Of a stretch of 64,000 nucleotides of DNA, positions 31,147 through 42,201 are shown piece after piece. Source of the DNA: Candidatus Pacearchaeota archaeon (GTDB lineage Archaea > Nanobdellota > Nanobdellia > Pacearchaeales > GW2011-AR1). The stretch lies in NCBI GenBank assembly GCA_018303845.1, contig JAGVXH010000002.1, positions 27,532 through 91,531 of the forward strand, in the 5' to 3' direction. The translations under genes were made by a program, and so were the position numbers. How positions within the stretch are numbered: position 1 is the first letter of the stretch; every line of letters starts with the position of its first letter. Under the pieces are notes generated by a model. It saw nothing but the letters and a program-made list of their open reading frames with translations. It did not search any database and had not been told where the DNA came from.

Positions 31147-31229
31147 TATAAAGTTCTCCGAATTTAGATGAAACTATCTATCTAAACATTATTTAAACCT
31201 TACTAACAACATATTTCCCAACAAAAATC

Positions 31230-33005
31230 CTAAAAAACAGCCCACTTTCCAGTTTCTTTCTGCTCCCTATCTAAAACTGAACCCCTCTTATTAATCCTAG
31301 GTCTCCCAGATTCCTTGTCTTTCCTAAGCGTAACATCCAAACTCCTAAGCAACTCCGAAACACCCTCTTCAAACAAAACAACCTTTCCAGCCTCACCACG
31401 AACTCCACCAACACCACCAAAATTAATAATGGAATCAGCCAAATATGAAATCACCAACAAATCATGATCCACCACAAACGCCGTCTTACCTCGCTCAACC
31501 ATAATGTCCTTAATCGCCTTAGCAACAGAAATCCTTTCCTCAACATCAAGATATGCGCTAGGTTCATCAATCAAATAAACATCCGCATCCCGAGCCAAGC
31601 ACCGAGCAACCTCAAACCTTTGCAACTCACCACCAGACAAATTCTTCAACTTCTTCCCCTCCAAAACTCCCAAATTAAAAGTACTTTTTAATCTCTTAGA
31701 AATTTTCTCCTTAAAACAAATATCCCGAACCATTGTCTCATCCTCCGAAAATAAATATTGCTTCTTATAAGAAATATCTAATTTCAAATCCAATTTCCCC
31801 AAACTAGTTTCAAGCTCCCCAGCCAAAGCCTTAACAAAAGTCGTCTTCCCAGTTCCATTTTTCCCTAAAATCCCAATCACATGATTCTCATGTATCACCC
31901 CGCCCTTAACATCCAACTCAAATCCAGTATCAAACTTCAAAGAAAAATCCGGCCAAGTCGCAATCTTGTGCCCCGACATCATCGCATTCCGCGTAAAATC
32001 AAACTTCAAAGCCTTATCCCGAATCCTCATATTCTCCTCTTTCAAGAAACCATCAAGATAAGCATTAACCCCCACCTTCGAACTCTTAACCCCACTAACC
32101 AAACCAAACGCTCCCTGCCCCCCAAAAAACACATTAACATAATCAGTCAAATAATCCAAAATCAATAGATCATGCTCGACAACAATTAAAGTTTTATTTT
32201 TAGAAATCTCCTTCAAAAAATCCGAAACCCTAAGTCTCTCTCCAATATCCAAAAATGCCAAAGGCTCATCAAAAAAATAAATATCACTCTCGCCCAAACT
32301 CGCCGCCAAAATCGCGACCCGCTGCAACTCACCACCAGACAGCTTATTCATCCTATTCCCCAAAACCTGACTCACCCCCAAAACCTCAGCCAATCTCTTT
32401 ATGTCTGCCTCACCTCCTCGTTGCAACAACAAATCCATAACCCCAACATCCAAAGAAAGTACAGACAAATTCTGCGGCTTATACGAAACCTTCTTCCCGC
32501 TAAGCCCCTCAAAATATCTCAAAATCTCATTTCCCTTAAAAAACTCTTTAATATCCTCATCACTCGCTTCAGTTTTCCCAAGATTCAACTTCTCCGTCCC
32601 AGCCAAAATCTTAACCGCAGTCGATTTCCCAATTCCATTCCTCCCAAGCAAACCCAAAACAGAACCCTCTTTCGGTACAGGCAAACCATAAAGCGCAAAC
32701 CCATTAGCCCCATAGCGATGCACAATATCCTTCTCTGATACAGAAGGCAAATTCACAATATCAATCGCTTCGAACGGACACCTCTTGACACAAATCGCAC
32801 ACCCAACACAAGTATTTTCATCAATAACACATTTTCCCGAAGAAGACAAAACACCAGTTCCTTTCTTAACAGACGGCCCGGCATCAACCAAACCAATCAC
32901 AACACAACTATCTGGTTCTTTCTTTTCAACAGGGCAATACTTCTTACACTCCCGACCACAAAGGGTTGGCTTACATTTCTCCTTATGCACAATCGCTAAC
33001 TTCAT
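31230..33005 (-). CDS. Ribosome recycling ATPase ABCE1/RLI
   Basis: N-terminal FeS Cys motifs, HRYGANGF, two ABC domains with LSGGELQR. Confidence 0.96.
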   Translation of the reverse strand: MKLAIVHKEKCKPTLCGRECKKYCPVEKKEPDSCVVIGLVDAGPSVKKGTGVLSSSGKCVIDENTCVGCAICVKRCPFEAIDIVNLPSVSEKDIVHRYGANGFALYGLPVPKEGSVLGLLGRNGIGKSTAVKILAGTEKLNLGKTEASDEDIKEFFKGNEILRYFEGLSGKKVSYKPQNLSVLSLDVGVMDLLLQRGGEADIKRLAEVLGVSQVLGNRMNKLSGGELQRVAILAASLGESDIYFFDEPLAFLDIGERLRVSDFLKEISKNKTLIVVEHDLLILDYLTDYVNVFFGGQGAFGLVSGVKSSKVGVNAYLDGFLKEENMRIRDKALKFDFTRNAMMSGHKIATWPDFSLKFDTGFELDVKGGVIHENHVIGILGKNGTGKTTFVKALAGELETSLGKLDLKLDISYKKQYLFSEDETMVRDICFKEKISKRLKSTFNLGVLEGKKLKNLSGGELQRFEVARCLARDADVYLIDEPSAYLDVEERISVAKAIKDIMVERGKTAFVVDHDLLVISYLADSIINFGGVGGVRGEAGKVVLFEEGVSELLRSLDVTLRKDKESGRPRINKRGSVLDREQKETGKWAVF

Positions 33006-33047
33006 AAAAATACCCAATCATTTAGAGTTTTAAGTTTAACTCATATA

Positions 33048-33941
33048 CTAACCCTTATCTCCCCCAGCCAACCGCGCCCTCAAGACCGGCAACTCCCCAT
33101 TAATCTCAGTCAATCTCTCACCATACTTCTTCATCCTAATATCATAAACTAACCCAGAAAGACTTCTCTTCTTAAACCGCTCAACCTGAACCTTCCTAAT
33201 CAAATCCTTCAAAACAGTACGCTCTGTCTCCATCTTCAAAATCTTATTCTTCAAGATTCTTTTCACAATATTCTTTCTAAGAAAAAATACCATAAAACCA
33301 ACTAAAACAAAACCAACTAAAACAAAAATCCAATGCTCCTGAAAAAAATTTTTAGCCCCACGTTGAACCCCCGCAAAAACAGTTCTATCAGCCCTATCTT
33401 TTTCAACACTAACTCGATATACTTTAATCAAATCTTCAGTCTCAGAAAATCTCTCCTCATAAAAAGCAGCCTTAGCATCTTCCAATATCTGAACATTTCC
33501 AGGAGAAACAATTCCAGGGAGGGGCTCTTCTATAATAATCTTATCCCACAATAAAAACGCTAAATCCCGACGAGCAACAATATCATAATAATAAACCATC
33601 ACGTCATCATACTCAAGATTTTGCCACTTAATCAACCTCAAAGCCTCAGTCGCTTCAGCCTTATCCTCACGAGAAAGACTACCATTCCTCAAAATTTCGG
33701 CATAACTAACCTGCTCAAAAACCCGATTCATCTCTAGTAAAGAATCTTCAACATAAGAAACAGAAAAATTATGCGCCTTCATTTCCGAAATAATATCATC
33801 AACATTTTCAAAAGCCACCATCACAGAATCCAAAGTAATATTTTCTTCTTTTTCCAAAATATCACCAGTCACCAAATTCATAACAATAAATAAATAAATA
33901 AATAGAATAGGCACACCAAAAACTTTAATTTTATTTTTCAT
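33048..33941 (-). CDS. Membrane protein resembling the C-terminal module of the upstream giant protein
   Basis: Signal/TM, helical ectodomain, TM, cytoplasmic coiled segment (YDIRMKKYGERLTEI). Confidence 0.7.
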   Translation of the reverse strand: MKNKIKVFGVPILFIYLFIVMNLVTGDILEKEENITLDSVMVAFENVDDIISEMKAHNFSVSYVEDSLLEMNRVFEQVSYAEILRNGSLSREDKAEATEALRLIKWQNLEYDDVMVYYYDIVARRDLAFLLWDKIIIEEPLPGIVSPGNVQILEDAKAAFYEERFSETEDLIKVYRVSVEKDRADRTVFAGVQRGAKNFFQEHWIFVLVGFVLVGFMVFFLRKNIVKRILKNKILKMETERTVLKDLIRKVQVERFKKRSLSGLVYDIRMKKYGERLTEINGELPVLRARLAGGDKG

Positions 33942-36900
33942 TTTTCCCGCCCTTAATTTTAATCCACTTCCCATGAACATTCCTACCCAAAAAGCCCTTC
34001 CGTCCAACAAAAACTTTCTTAGCAAAACCCTTATCTATAATCTTGCTTTCCCCCTTATCCTCCTTATTCCCCGACGCCACAGACTTAGAAGAAATCTTGT
34101 TCACCCTCTCCTTCATCAGCAACACCGTCATCCTTTCTCCTTCAATCTCGGCCAACCTCTCATTCAAAATCCTAAACTGCAACTCATAACTATCCGTACC
34201 AATCTTCTTATTCTTATAATAATCATTCTGCAATTTCTTAACTTCCGCTTCCGCCTGAATCCTTTCACTATCAAGTTCAGAAATAATCTCCCTAGGCTTC
34301 AATATTCCAATTCTCTGATTCCTCAAAGTCAATCGAACTCCCCTTAAATTCGCCAACCTTTTCTCGTACTGATTCATAATCCGATGATATTCTCCAGAAG
34401 AAATCACACCCGTAAAATATTGTTGCTGAGACGCAGTCATTAATTTCCTAATATTCTCCTCTTCCCTATTAATATCAATAATCCTAGAACTCGCGACGCT
34501 CTTCTGATATTTACGATACCCAAAAATTCCACCCAAGAAAATAAAAAAGACACCCAAGAAAATAAACGGCCAATACAAAAATAAAAACAAAGTAAAATTT
34601 CCCTTTCGATTAAACAACAACAAATTCTGAGCCTCTTTTATTCTCTCATTAGCCAAAGCGTAATCTCCCCTTTCAAAAGCAACCTTAGCTAAATTCAAAA
34701 TATCCTCAACAGACTTATCGCCAAAAATAGCCCAACCAGTAAATATAGAATTCATATTGGCCCGAATACTATCATCAGCATAAGCATCCTTTACAGCGTT
34801 TCCAGTAATTACACCCATCTTCACCGGGTTCCTAAGCGATTCAAAAACTCCATCAATCAAACCTTGAGTTTCAAAAGCCAAATCTCTCAAATCCAAAATA
34901 CTTTCACTTAATTCCAATGCCTCCGCATTTTTTCTTTCTCCCAATTTCAACTTAGCCTTAGCAAAAAAATCCTCAACCTGAATCGTATTAAAACCCGCAA
35001 GCTTCATCTCAAGAATAGCCTTCTCCGCCGCTAGCAAAGAAAGACTCGTATCTTCAAAACTAGCCTCCTGAATAATCAACAAAATATTCTGAGTCTCTCT
35101 ATAACTTCTAGCAGCACCACCCACAACCAATTGACCACTAATCACCGCAACCAAAGTATGTTCCTCCATTACCTCCTTATATGCCGGAACCCGAACATTA
35201 ATATTAAACTTCCCAGATTCTCTATAGCCTATCGGGCCAACAACCAAAGGAGAAATTTTAATATACTTAGACATAAAACCATTCAAACTCAAAGTCAAAT
35301 TTTCCAAAGTAGAATTAATATATTTATTATCCACAGTTATCTCAAAACTATCTTCCCCCCCACGAACAATTTCAATAACTTTAGAATACACAACGGATTC
35401 TCCACTTGCCCCACCCCCGCCGCCTCCACTTCCGCCTCCACCAGTGATAGAAACCACAGTCGAGGCCACAATCGTCCCAGCGCCAATAGTAACCGCCTTA
35501 CTAGCATTAGCGGAATCAGCATTACTAGAATTAGCTACAGCAACAATAGAAACAGAGCTGTCCGTAGCCGACGAAGAAACAGAAACAACCAAACTATTTG
35601 AACCACTTCCGCCAATAGGCAAAGCCCCAAGACTTCTCGTCAAACTTCCACTACTAACACTAAACACCGAAGGCAAAGTCCAACTTAAATAAACATCCGT
35701 CGCATCCGCAGTACCAAGATTAGTAACCGTCGCAACCAAATTCACACTAGAATCCCCAGCCGTCACGCTCCCACTATAAGTACCAATATCAACAACCAAA
35801 TAAGGTCCAACAGCCGTCTGAAGATTGAGTCGCCTCTCAAAAATTTCCACTCCAGCCGCAGAAACAACAGTCACATTATAACTATACAAACCAGAAATCA
35901 AACCAGTAGTATTCACATCAATAGTTATATTTGCAAAACTCCCAGAACCGACAGAATAATTTACACTTAAATTTCCAGAATAATTTACACTCAATCGAGA
36001 ACCAATAGAAGAAGAACTAAGGCTAACATTAAAATTCAAATCTACATCTCCAGTATTATTTAAAATAACATTTCCTAAAGAATTGTTAGAAGCCCTATCA
36101 GCATAAACCAAAGAAACAATAGAACCAATCACAGCACTAACATTATGAGAAGTATCATTCCCAACAACAATCACAGTATTTGCAGAAATATTTCTATTAC
36201 CAGCAAAATCCGTAGCATTAATCTTAAACGTCCAGTTATCTGCCTCAGGAATAAAAGAACCGTTGTAAACAATCACCGAAGACGAACCTACAACCAAATC
36301 AGAATTATTATTCATACTAACAAAACTCCAATTCGTCTCCGTAGAATTCTTGTACATCAAAACAACCGAAGAAATATTATAATCTTCCGTAATACTAGAA
36401 TTCACATTCACAACAACAACAGGGTCCAAGCCATCCGTTGAGTTAGGAAAATAAGTTATATTATTAATAACAGGGGCAGTGTCATCAAAAATAACAACAT
36501 CATCAATACTACTATCATTAACTCTCCCAGCTAAATCATAAACATAAAGCCTAGCACTAAAACCTGGCGGAGAATGATTTCCAGAACCAATTGTATAACT
36601 AGTGGAATTCAAAGTCCCACTCAAATCAATATCAGAACTATTTACCCAAGTCCCACTAGCATTATAACTAACAATAACATAATCCAATCCAACAGCATCA
36701 CTAACATTCACAACACAAACAACATTAACAGAATCATTCGAATCACTGCATGAAAAATTATTCACAGCCGGTACAGTCAAATCGACATAAACAATCACCG
36801 AAGAATTCCCCTGATTACCAGAACTATCATTTGCATAAAATATTACATTATGCTGCCCCTCAACAAAATTAACGGTAGCATTCCAAGAGGTAGAAGAAGT

Positions 36901-39900
36901 ATTCCCCAAATTAGTAAGCGCACCAGAGTTATTCCTATATCCTGCCCAAATAACATTCTCACTCATAGTCGCATTCAAAAGAACACTCCCGTCCAAATCA
37001 TAAGAATTATTAGAAGGACTCCAAACAGTTATCACGGGGGCAGTACTATCCGCAGGAACAGCATCAACAGTAAACGAAACAGAGCTCACTCCGATATTCC
37101 CAGAAGAGTCCACAGCATAAAAAATAACAGTCTTGCTCTCGTCCGCTCCGGTCGCAACAACGCTATTCCAAGCAGATCCAGAACCAGACAAACTAACATT
37201 AGTAGCCCCACCATCCAAAGAATAATTCGCAGCAGTAGCATTCTCATTTAAACTAATACTAAATAAAATATTCGCAGTACCATAAGTCTGATTCAATGGA
37301 CTATTAATACTAACAACCGGAGCAGTCACATCATTAACCGTAAAAGTTATGGAACTAGAATTAGAATTTCCAGCAACATCACTAGAATAGAAATTACAAA
37401 CATATCCACCCTTAGCAACGCTACTCATCGTATAGTTCATCCATCCAGTTCCAGTCAAACTAATTGTATGATTCACAAAACTTCCCGTAACATTCTCCCC
37501 AATCTTAACATTAGTCAAACCAAAAGCATCCGCGACATAAGCACTACAAACCACATTCTGACTTTCATTCGCAGGATTCGGAGTTGCACCAACATTCGTA
37601 TAAACAGGAGAAACGCCATCAACATAAAACACAATCGTCTTACTTCCCTGATTACTCGAAGTATCATTAGCATAAACAACCAAAGTATTAGTAGATTCAT
37701 CACTCAAAGTAAGCATAGCATTCCAATCAACCATAGTCGTATTTGTCAAAGCAACAACAGAAGAGCCATTCAAAGTATACCCAGCCCAAGTCAAATTTTC
37801 ATTAGCAGTCACATTCAAAATAAGACTAGTCGAAGTGTAATAAGTCGCATTAGAAATCGTATCTATCGTTATCACCGGAGGAACAGTATCGGGGGCAGCA
37901 GTATTAACAGAAAAATAAATCACCGAAGAAACTCCAATATTCCCAGAAGAATCATTAGAATAAAACACAATATTATATGCCCCATCTGATAAATTAGTCA
38001 ATGTACTATTCCATGCCACAAGAGAAGTATTTCCCATACTAACATTCGCAGACCCATTCAAAGAATACCATGCCAAACTAGCATTCTCAGAAACACTAAT
38101 CGAAGCAGAAACATTAGCAACATTATACGTAAGATTACTAGGACTATTAACCGTTATTACCGGAACAGTCACATCATTAACATTAAAATTAACAGAACTA
38201 ACATTAGCGTTCCCGGCAAGATCACTAGCATAAAATTTGCAAGTATACCCACCAAAAGTTCCAAGCTGTGCACCAGAAATCAAATAACTAGCTTCACCAC
38301 TAATTCCAGAAAAAGAAATACTATGATTCTCAAAAGTCCCACTACTATTCTCCCCGATTATAACACCAGTTATATTATACGTATCAGTCCAACTAATAGA
38401 ACAATTAACATCCTGCGAAACATTAGCAGGACTAGGGAAAGCCTGAGCCAAACTATATCTCGGAGCAAGACTATCAGCATAAAACACCGAAGTCTTATTG
38501 TTCAAATTATTAGAAGTGTCATTAGCATAAACAACTAATGTATACGTAGTCTCCTGCGTCAAACTAGTCAAAGTAATATTCCAACTCCGAAGACTACTAT
38601 TCCCCAAATCCGAAACAGAACCACCATTCAAAGAATATCCAGCCCAACGCAAATCTTCATCCGCGGTAATATTAATCAAAGTATTCGCAGGATTCTTATA
38701 ACTTAGATTAGCAGGAGAAACAATCGTAATAGAAGGAGGCGTTGTATCAACCGGAGTCGTATCAATCACAAAAGAATTCCCAGTCAAAGTCCCAATATTC
38801 CCATAGCTATCATTCGCCCAAAAAGTCAAAGAATAAGTCCCATCCGCAATACTCGAATTTGTATGAGTATAACTAAGCAAAGTAGTATTCGCCATAGAAA
38901 CATTAGTCGCCCCACCATTCAAAGAATACCAAGCACGAGATAAAGCCTCGCTAACAGAAACACTAATCGTAACAGAATCCTGAGTTATCGTAGAACCATT
39001 AGTCGGAGAAACCAAAGTAATAATCGGAGCTGTATAATCAGTCGTATAGCTCCCGGTCAAACTATTGTTAGTTGCCGCTTCTCCAAGCTGATCAAAAACA
39101 TAAGCATACCAAGTATGAGTAGAAGAATCTAGTTCCGAAACAAGAACACAAGACAAATTAGCGCCACCAGAATCGCTACAATATTCACCCCCAAAACATC
39201 CACTTGAATTCGCCCCAGAAGAATTACAGACAAAAAGAGAAATCAATTGACTAGCATCAGAATCATAAGACACACTAGAAATATTAACGGCAACTCCACC
39301 TTTAATAATCGTAGCATTATCACTAGCACTCATAAAAGTAGGAAGTTGATTTATATTAATCGTTTTATTTTGAACCTCCTGAATGTTACCTGCATCATCA
39401 CTTGAATTATATCTCAAATAATTTATCCCACGGTTTACAGAAGTAAAAATAATTTGCCCACCATTATCAACACTAACCGAAGGCACACAAGTTCCAACAG
39501 TATCAGTACAATATAGAGTAGTAGGATCCGAATCTACATTATCTGCTTCCGTAATCGTAACAGTATAATTTGGAGCTTGAATAGTAGAAACCGAATTATC
39601 CGAAGTTGTTGGAGCAGTATAATCCAAAAAAAACTGCACATCTAAATTTTGACTAGAATTTTGTCCATTAGTATAATTATCTTGACAAGAAACATACCGC
39701 GCATAAAATCCCTGAGAAGCTACATTATTCACAGAACAATTCGCCCGTATTCCAGATACGGTGCAATCATTAGACATAGAAGAATAGGAAACATCACTTG
39801 AACTCCATCGACAGCTCATATTCGCCTCGCCAGAAACAACGATGTTCGTCACCCCATCATTTACTATATCAAAATAACTAGCAGCACTATCTCCAGCAAC

Positions 39901-40827
39901 ACTAACTATCGAAGTCGTTGGAGGAGTAGAATCTGTAATGTAAGTCACATTTGGAACAACCGAAGAATAAGCTGCCCCATCATAAACTCTACAATACTCT
40001 GTATAATTCGTGCTCGTAACAGCCGTAGCAAAAGTGCAAGACAAACTATATGGATAAGTCCCACTAGTAGTCCCACCAGTGCAATCTGTATTCGCAGAAG
40101 TAGGTAAATTAGTGGAATCACAAAATAATTGTAAAGTATTCAAGTCACTATCATTTACTCCATTACGCGTAGTATTCGCGTAGATAGTTATCGTATCCCC
40201 TCCCTTAATCACGGAATGACTTGCACTAATATTCGCAATCACAGGCTCAGCATTTGCAGAATAAGTCACATTAAAATACATCACATCCCAAGTCCCAGTC
40301 TCAGTCGTAGCAGGACCAGTTCCAATTCTTGACATTTCAGATTTCGCAAGCCCCCTAGTTCCACTCGCTCCAAAAAAATTCCCACAACTCCAAGTTTCCA
40401 GACTAGTTACATTTGAACAAGTTATAGAAGCCGGCTCACTAATTGCAGGACAAGTCGTAGTCACAACACTATAACTAGCTCCTCCATTAGCATCGACAGA
40501 AACATCACAATCCTGAGGCGTAGCAGTATTAGTTCTCCACCACTTGTAACAAACAAAAACCTGAGAAACCCCACCACAACTAAGCATGGAGCTATTTACC
40601 GACTGTATTCTTACACCCCCATAAGTACTTTTCAAATAAGTATGAGTCTCAAGAGAAGCATCGTCATTAATCAAAAAAGAACCCGTAGTATTATCACAAA
40701 CTCCCGCAAAACTTCCCTTAATTGCATTATCTTCCGCAGAACAAGTACTCACAACATTCGTGAACACAGCAGCACTCCCAAAAGTTCCAATAAAAACTCC
40801 AATCAACAAAACAAAAATTAACCTCAT
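33931..40827 (-). CDS. Giant surface glycoprotein with tandem Ig-like repeats
   Basis: 2298 aa; signal peptide; repeated D-T-x-P-x-I..SP-N..YSLNG..YANDxxGN units; many NxS/T sequons; C-terminal TM and cytoplasmic tail. Confidence 0.85.
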   Translation of the reverse strand: MRLIFVLLIGVFIGTFGSAAVFTNVVSTCSAEDNAIKGSFAGVCDNTTGSFLINDDASLETHTYLKSTYGGVRIQSVNSSMLSCGGVSQVFVCYKWWRTNTATPQDCDVSVDANGGASYSVVTTTCPAISEPASITCSNVTSLETWSCGNFFGASGTRGLAKSEMSRIGTGPATTETGTWDVMYFNVTYSANAEPVIANISASHSVIKGGDTITIYANTTRNGVNDSDLNTLQLFCDSTNLPTSANTDCTGGTTSGTYPYSLSCTFATAVTSTNYTEYCRVYDGAAYSSVVPNVTYITDSTPPTTSIVSVAGDSAASYFDIVNDGVTNIVVSGEANMSCRWSSSDVSYSSMSNDCTVSGIRANCSVNNVASQGFYARYVSCQDNYTNGQNSSQNLDVQFFLDYTAPTTSDNSVSTIQAPNYTVTITEADNVDSDPTTLYCTDTVGTCVPSVSVDNGGQIIFTSVNRGINYLRYNSSDDAGNIQEVQNKTININQLPTFMSASDNATIIKGGVAVNISSVSYDSDASQLISLFVCNSSGANSSGCFGGEYCSDSGGANLSCVLVSELDSSTHTWYAYVFDQLGEAATNNSLTGSYTTDYTAPIITLVSPTNGSTITQDSVTISVSVSEALSRAWYSLNGGATNVSMANTTLLSYTHTNSSIADGTYSLTFWANDSYGNIGTLTGNSFVIDTTPVDTTPPSITIVSPANLSYKNPANTLINITADEDLRWAGYSLNGGSVSDLGNSSLRSWNITLTSLTQETTYTLVVYANDTSNNLNNKTSVFYADSLAPRYSLAQAFPSPANVSQDVNCSISWTDTYNITGVIIGENSSGTFENHSISFSGISGEASYLISGAQLGTFGGYTCKFYASDLAGNANVSSVNFNVNDVTVPVITVNSPSNLTYNVANVSASISVSENASLAWYSLNGSANVSMGNTSLVAWNSTLTNLSDGAYNIVFYSNDSSGNIGVSSVIYFSVNTAAPDTVPPVITIDTISNATYYTSTSLILNVTANENLTWAGYTLNGSSVVALTNTTMVDWNAMLTLSDESTNTLVVYANDTSSNQGSKTIVFYVDGVSPVYTNVGATPNPANESQNVVCSAYVADAFGLTNVKIGENVTGSFVNHTISLTGTGWMNYTMSSVAKGGYVCNFYSSDVAGNSNSSSITFTVNDVTAPVVSINSPLNQTYGTANILFSISLNENATAANYSLDGGATNVSLSGSGSAWNSVVATGADESKTVIFYAVDSSGNIGVSSVSFTVDAVPADSTAPVITVWSPSNNSYDLDGSVLLNATMSENVIWAGYRNNSGALTNLGNTSSTSWNATVNFVEGQHNVIFYANDSSGNQGNSSVIVYVDLTVPAVNNFSCSDSNDSVNVVCVVNVSDAVGLDYVIVSYNASGTWVNSSDIDLSGTLNSTSYTIGSGNHSPPGFSARLYVYDLAGRVNDSSIDDVVIFDDTAPVINNITYFPNSTDGLDPVVVVNVNSSITEDYNISSVVLMYKNSTETNWSFVSMNNNSDLVVGSSSVIVYNGSFIPEADNWTFKINATDFAGNRNISANTVIVVGNDTSHNVSAVIGSIVSLVYADRASNNSLGNVILNNTGDVDLNFNVSLSSSSIGSRLSVNYSGNLSVNYSVGSGSFANITIDVNTTGLISGLYSYNVTVVSAAGVEIFERRLNLQTAVGPYLVVDIGTYSGSVTAGDSSVNLVATVTNLGTADATDVYLSWTLPSVFSVSSGSLTRSLGALPIGGSGSNSLVVSVSSSATDSSVSIVAVANSSNADSANASKAVTIGAGTIVASTVVSITGGGGSGGGGGGASGESVVYSKVIEIVRGGEDSFEITVDNKYINSTLENLTLSLNGFMSKYIKISPLVVGPIGYRESGKFNINVRVPAYKEVMEEHTLVAVISGQLVVGGAARSYRETQNILLIIQEASFEDTSLSLLAAEKAILEMKLAGFNTIQVEDFFAKAKLKLGERKNAEALELSESILDLRDLAFETQGLIDGVFESLRNPVKMGVITGNAVKDAYADDSIRANMNSIFTGWAIFGDKSVEDILNLAKVAFERGDYALANERIKEAQNLLLFNRKGNFTLFLFLYWPFIFLGVFFIFLGGIFGYRKYQKSVASSRIIDINREEENIRKLMTASQQQYFTGVISSGEYHRIMNQYEKRLANLRGVRLTLRNQRIGILKPREIISELDSERIQAEAEVKKLQNDYYKNKKIGTDSYELQFRILNERLAEIEGERMTVLLMKERVNKISSKSVASGNKEDKGESKIIDKGFAKKVFVGRKGFLGRNVHGKWIKIKGGKNEK

Positions 40828-40958
40828 CCGATCTCCTCCATATGCGCCATAATCAACCTCTCAACCCGCTTAGAAAGCATAACATCATTCTTATCGCAAA
40901 AATCCTGAAACTTCCCATAAACATCCACGTCCAAACTAAGAGTCACCTTCTTTCTCAT
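40824..40958 (-). CDS. Ribbon-helix-helix protein (44 aa), not in the ORF track
   Basis: MRKKVTLSLDVDVYGKFQDFCDKNDVMLSKRVERLIMAHMEEIG*; ATGA overlap with the giant gene. Confidence 0.75.
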   Translation of the reverse strand: MRKKVTLSLDVDVYGKFQDFCDKNDVMLSKRVERLIMAHMEEIG

Positions 40959-41106
40959 AACAAAGCCAACCACTTTTTATTATTAAGAATTCTTACGCAC
41001 ATATACGTACATAACAACACATCCATATATTACAAAGAAATACATAGAAGAAAATACCATAAGTATACCTACAAAGAAATACAAAACCAAACTAACCTAA
41101 ATCCCA

Positions 41107-41134
41107 AATCCGTGAGAATCCGTGAGAATCCGTG
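41107..41134. repeat. 10-bp tandem repeat AATCCGTGAG, about three copies
   Basis: aatccgtgag aatccgtgag aatccgtg. Confidence 0.85.
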
Positions 41135-41194
41135 TGCCAAATAATTAACAAACATTTCCAAAATCCAATCTACAAAACATCCAACAAATAAAAA

Positions 41195-42154
41195 CTAATC
41201 AATCTCACTAAAAACTTCTTGCTCAGGATAAACCATTATCCCCTCTCCAGTAATTTGCATCGCAACAATCTTCTTTTGATGTGCGGCCCCTCGAAGCTTC
41301 AAAACCTCTATCGCATTTTCTCTAACATTCCCATGTTTCAAATTATAAAACACGATAACCCCATCGGCCAAAAACTCCTCAACACCAGAAGTGCTAAAAA
41401 TCTTTGGAATTTGCTCAGTTTCCGTAATCAAAAAACTAGTCGCTCCAATCTTCTCAAAAAACCTAAACAACTGCTCGATATAAATCCGATAACTATCCTC
41501 CTTGCCAGTAAACGCCGAAGCAATCGCAGTTAAAGAGTCCAGTGCAATAAAGTCAGGCTTAAAGCCGCTTGGAATAATCACCGGGTCAACATCAATTAAT
41601 AATTCACCTTTCTCTTTAGCAAGAAGCGCATCGACATTTCGAGTAATCTCAAACGGACTAATCCTTTGAATTTTCAACAGCCCCTTCTTAATAAGCTTAT
41701 CAGCTCCCCATCCAAAACCATTCATATGATCAATCAATCTTTCCTCTCTCTCTTCAAAACTCATATACAAACATTTTTTACCAGCCTCTGCCTGATGAAC
41801 CAAAGTCTGCAAACTAAAAATAGTCTTACCACTTCCCGCTCCTCCTGCAACCAAAACAGCACTACCTTCAGGGATACCCTTATCCAAAAGTTCATCAAAC
41901 CCAGGAACTCCAGTCATAATATATTTCCTGTTATCTTTCTTAACTTTTACAGAAGATTTATTTTTCATACTAGCTAAATTTTTAAAAGAGGCTCTCTGAC
42001 TAGAGATTTGCTCAGCCCTAACCTCTTTTGCAATTTCTGAAACATCTATCTTCCCTTTGACAACTTTCTTCGATACAGCTTTCTTCGATACAGCTTTTTT
42101 CAAAACAACTTTCTTTCTAATCACAGACCCAACCTTCTTTTTCTTTCCTACCAC
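41195..42154 (-). CDS. Single-domain KaiC-like ATPase with Lys-rich N-terminus
   Basis: TGVPGFDELL, GGAGSGKT, SFEE, LDSLT, GVEEFLADGVI, VLKLRG. Confidence 0.9.
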   Translation of the reverse strand: MVGKKKKVGSVIRKKVVLKKAVSKKAVSKKVVKGKIDVSEIAKEVRAEQISSQRASFKNLASMKNKSSVKVKKDNRKYIMTGVPGFDELLDKGIPEGSAVLVAGGAGSGKTIFSLQTLVHQAEAGKKCLYMSFEEREERLIDHMNGFGWGADKLIKKGLLKIQRISPFEITRNVDALLAKEKGELLIDVDPVIIPSGFKPDFIALDSLTAIASAFTGKEDSYRIYIEQLFRFFEKIGATSFLITETEQIPKIFSTSGVEEFLADGVIVFYNLKHGNVRENAIEVLKLRGAAHQKKIVAMQITGEGIMVYPEQEVFSEID

Positions 42155-42201
42155 AAATAGGAATAGTAAAAACCTTATAATTACCCTTATACGAACATAT
42201 T
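42155..42201. repeat. 47-bp direct repeat, copy 1 (promoter region)
   Basis: 43/47 identical to 48996-49042; contains a TATA-like box. Confidence 0.9.

Noticed and set aside
33973-38538. Many + strand ORFs antisense to the giant surface gene (and similar shadow ORFs across the window)
   Set aside because: They are explained by stop-codon scarcity from the A/C skew and carry no motifs.
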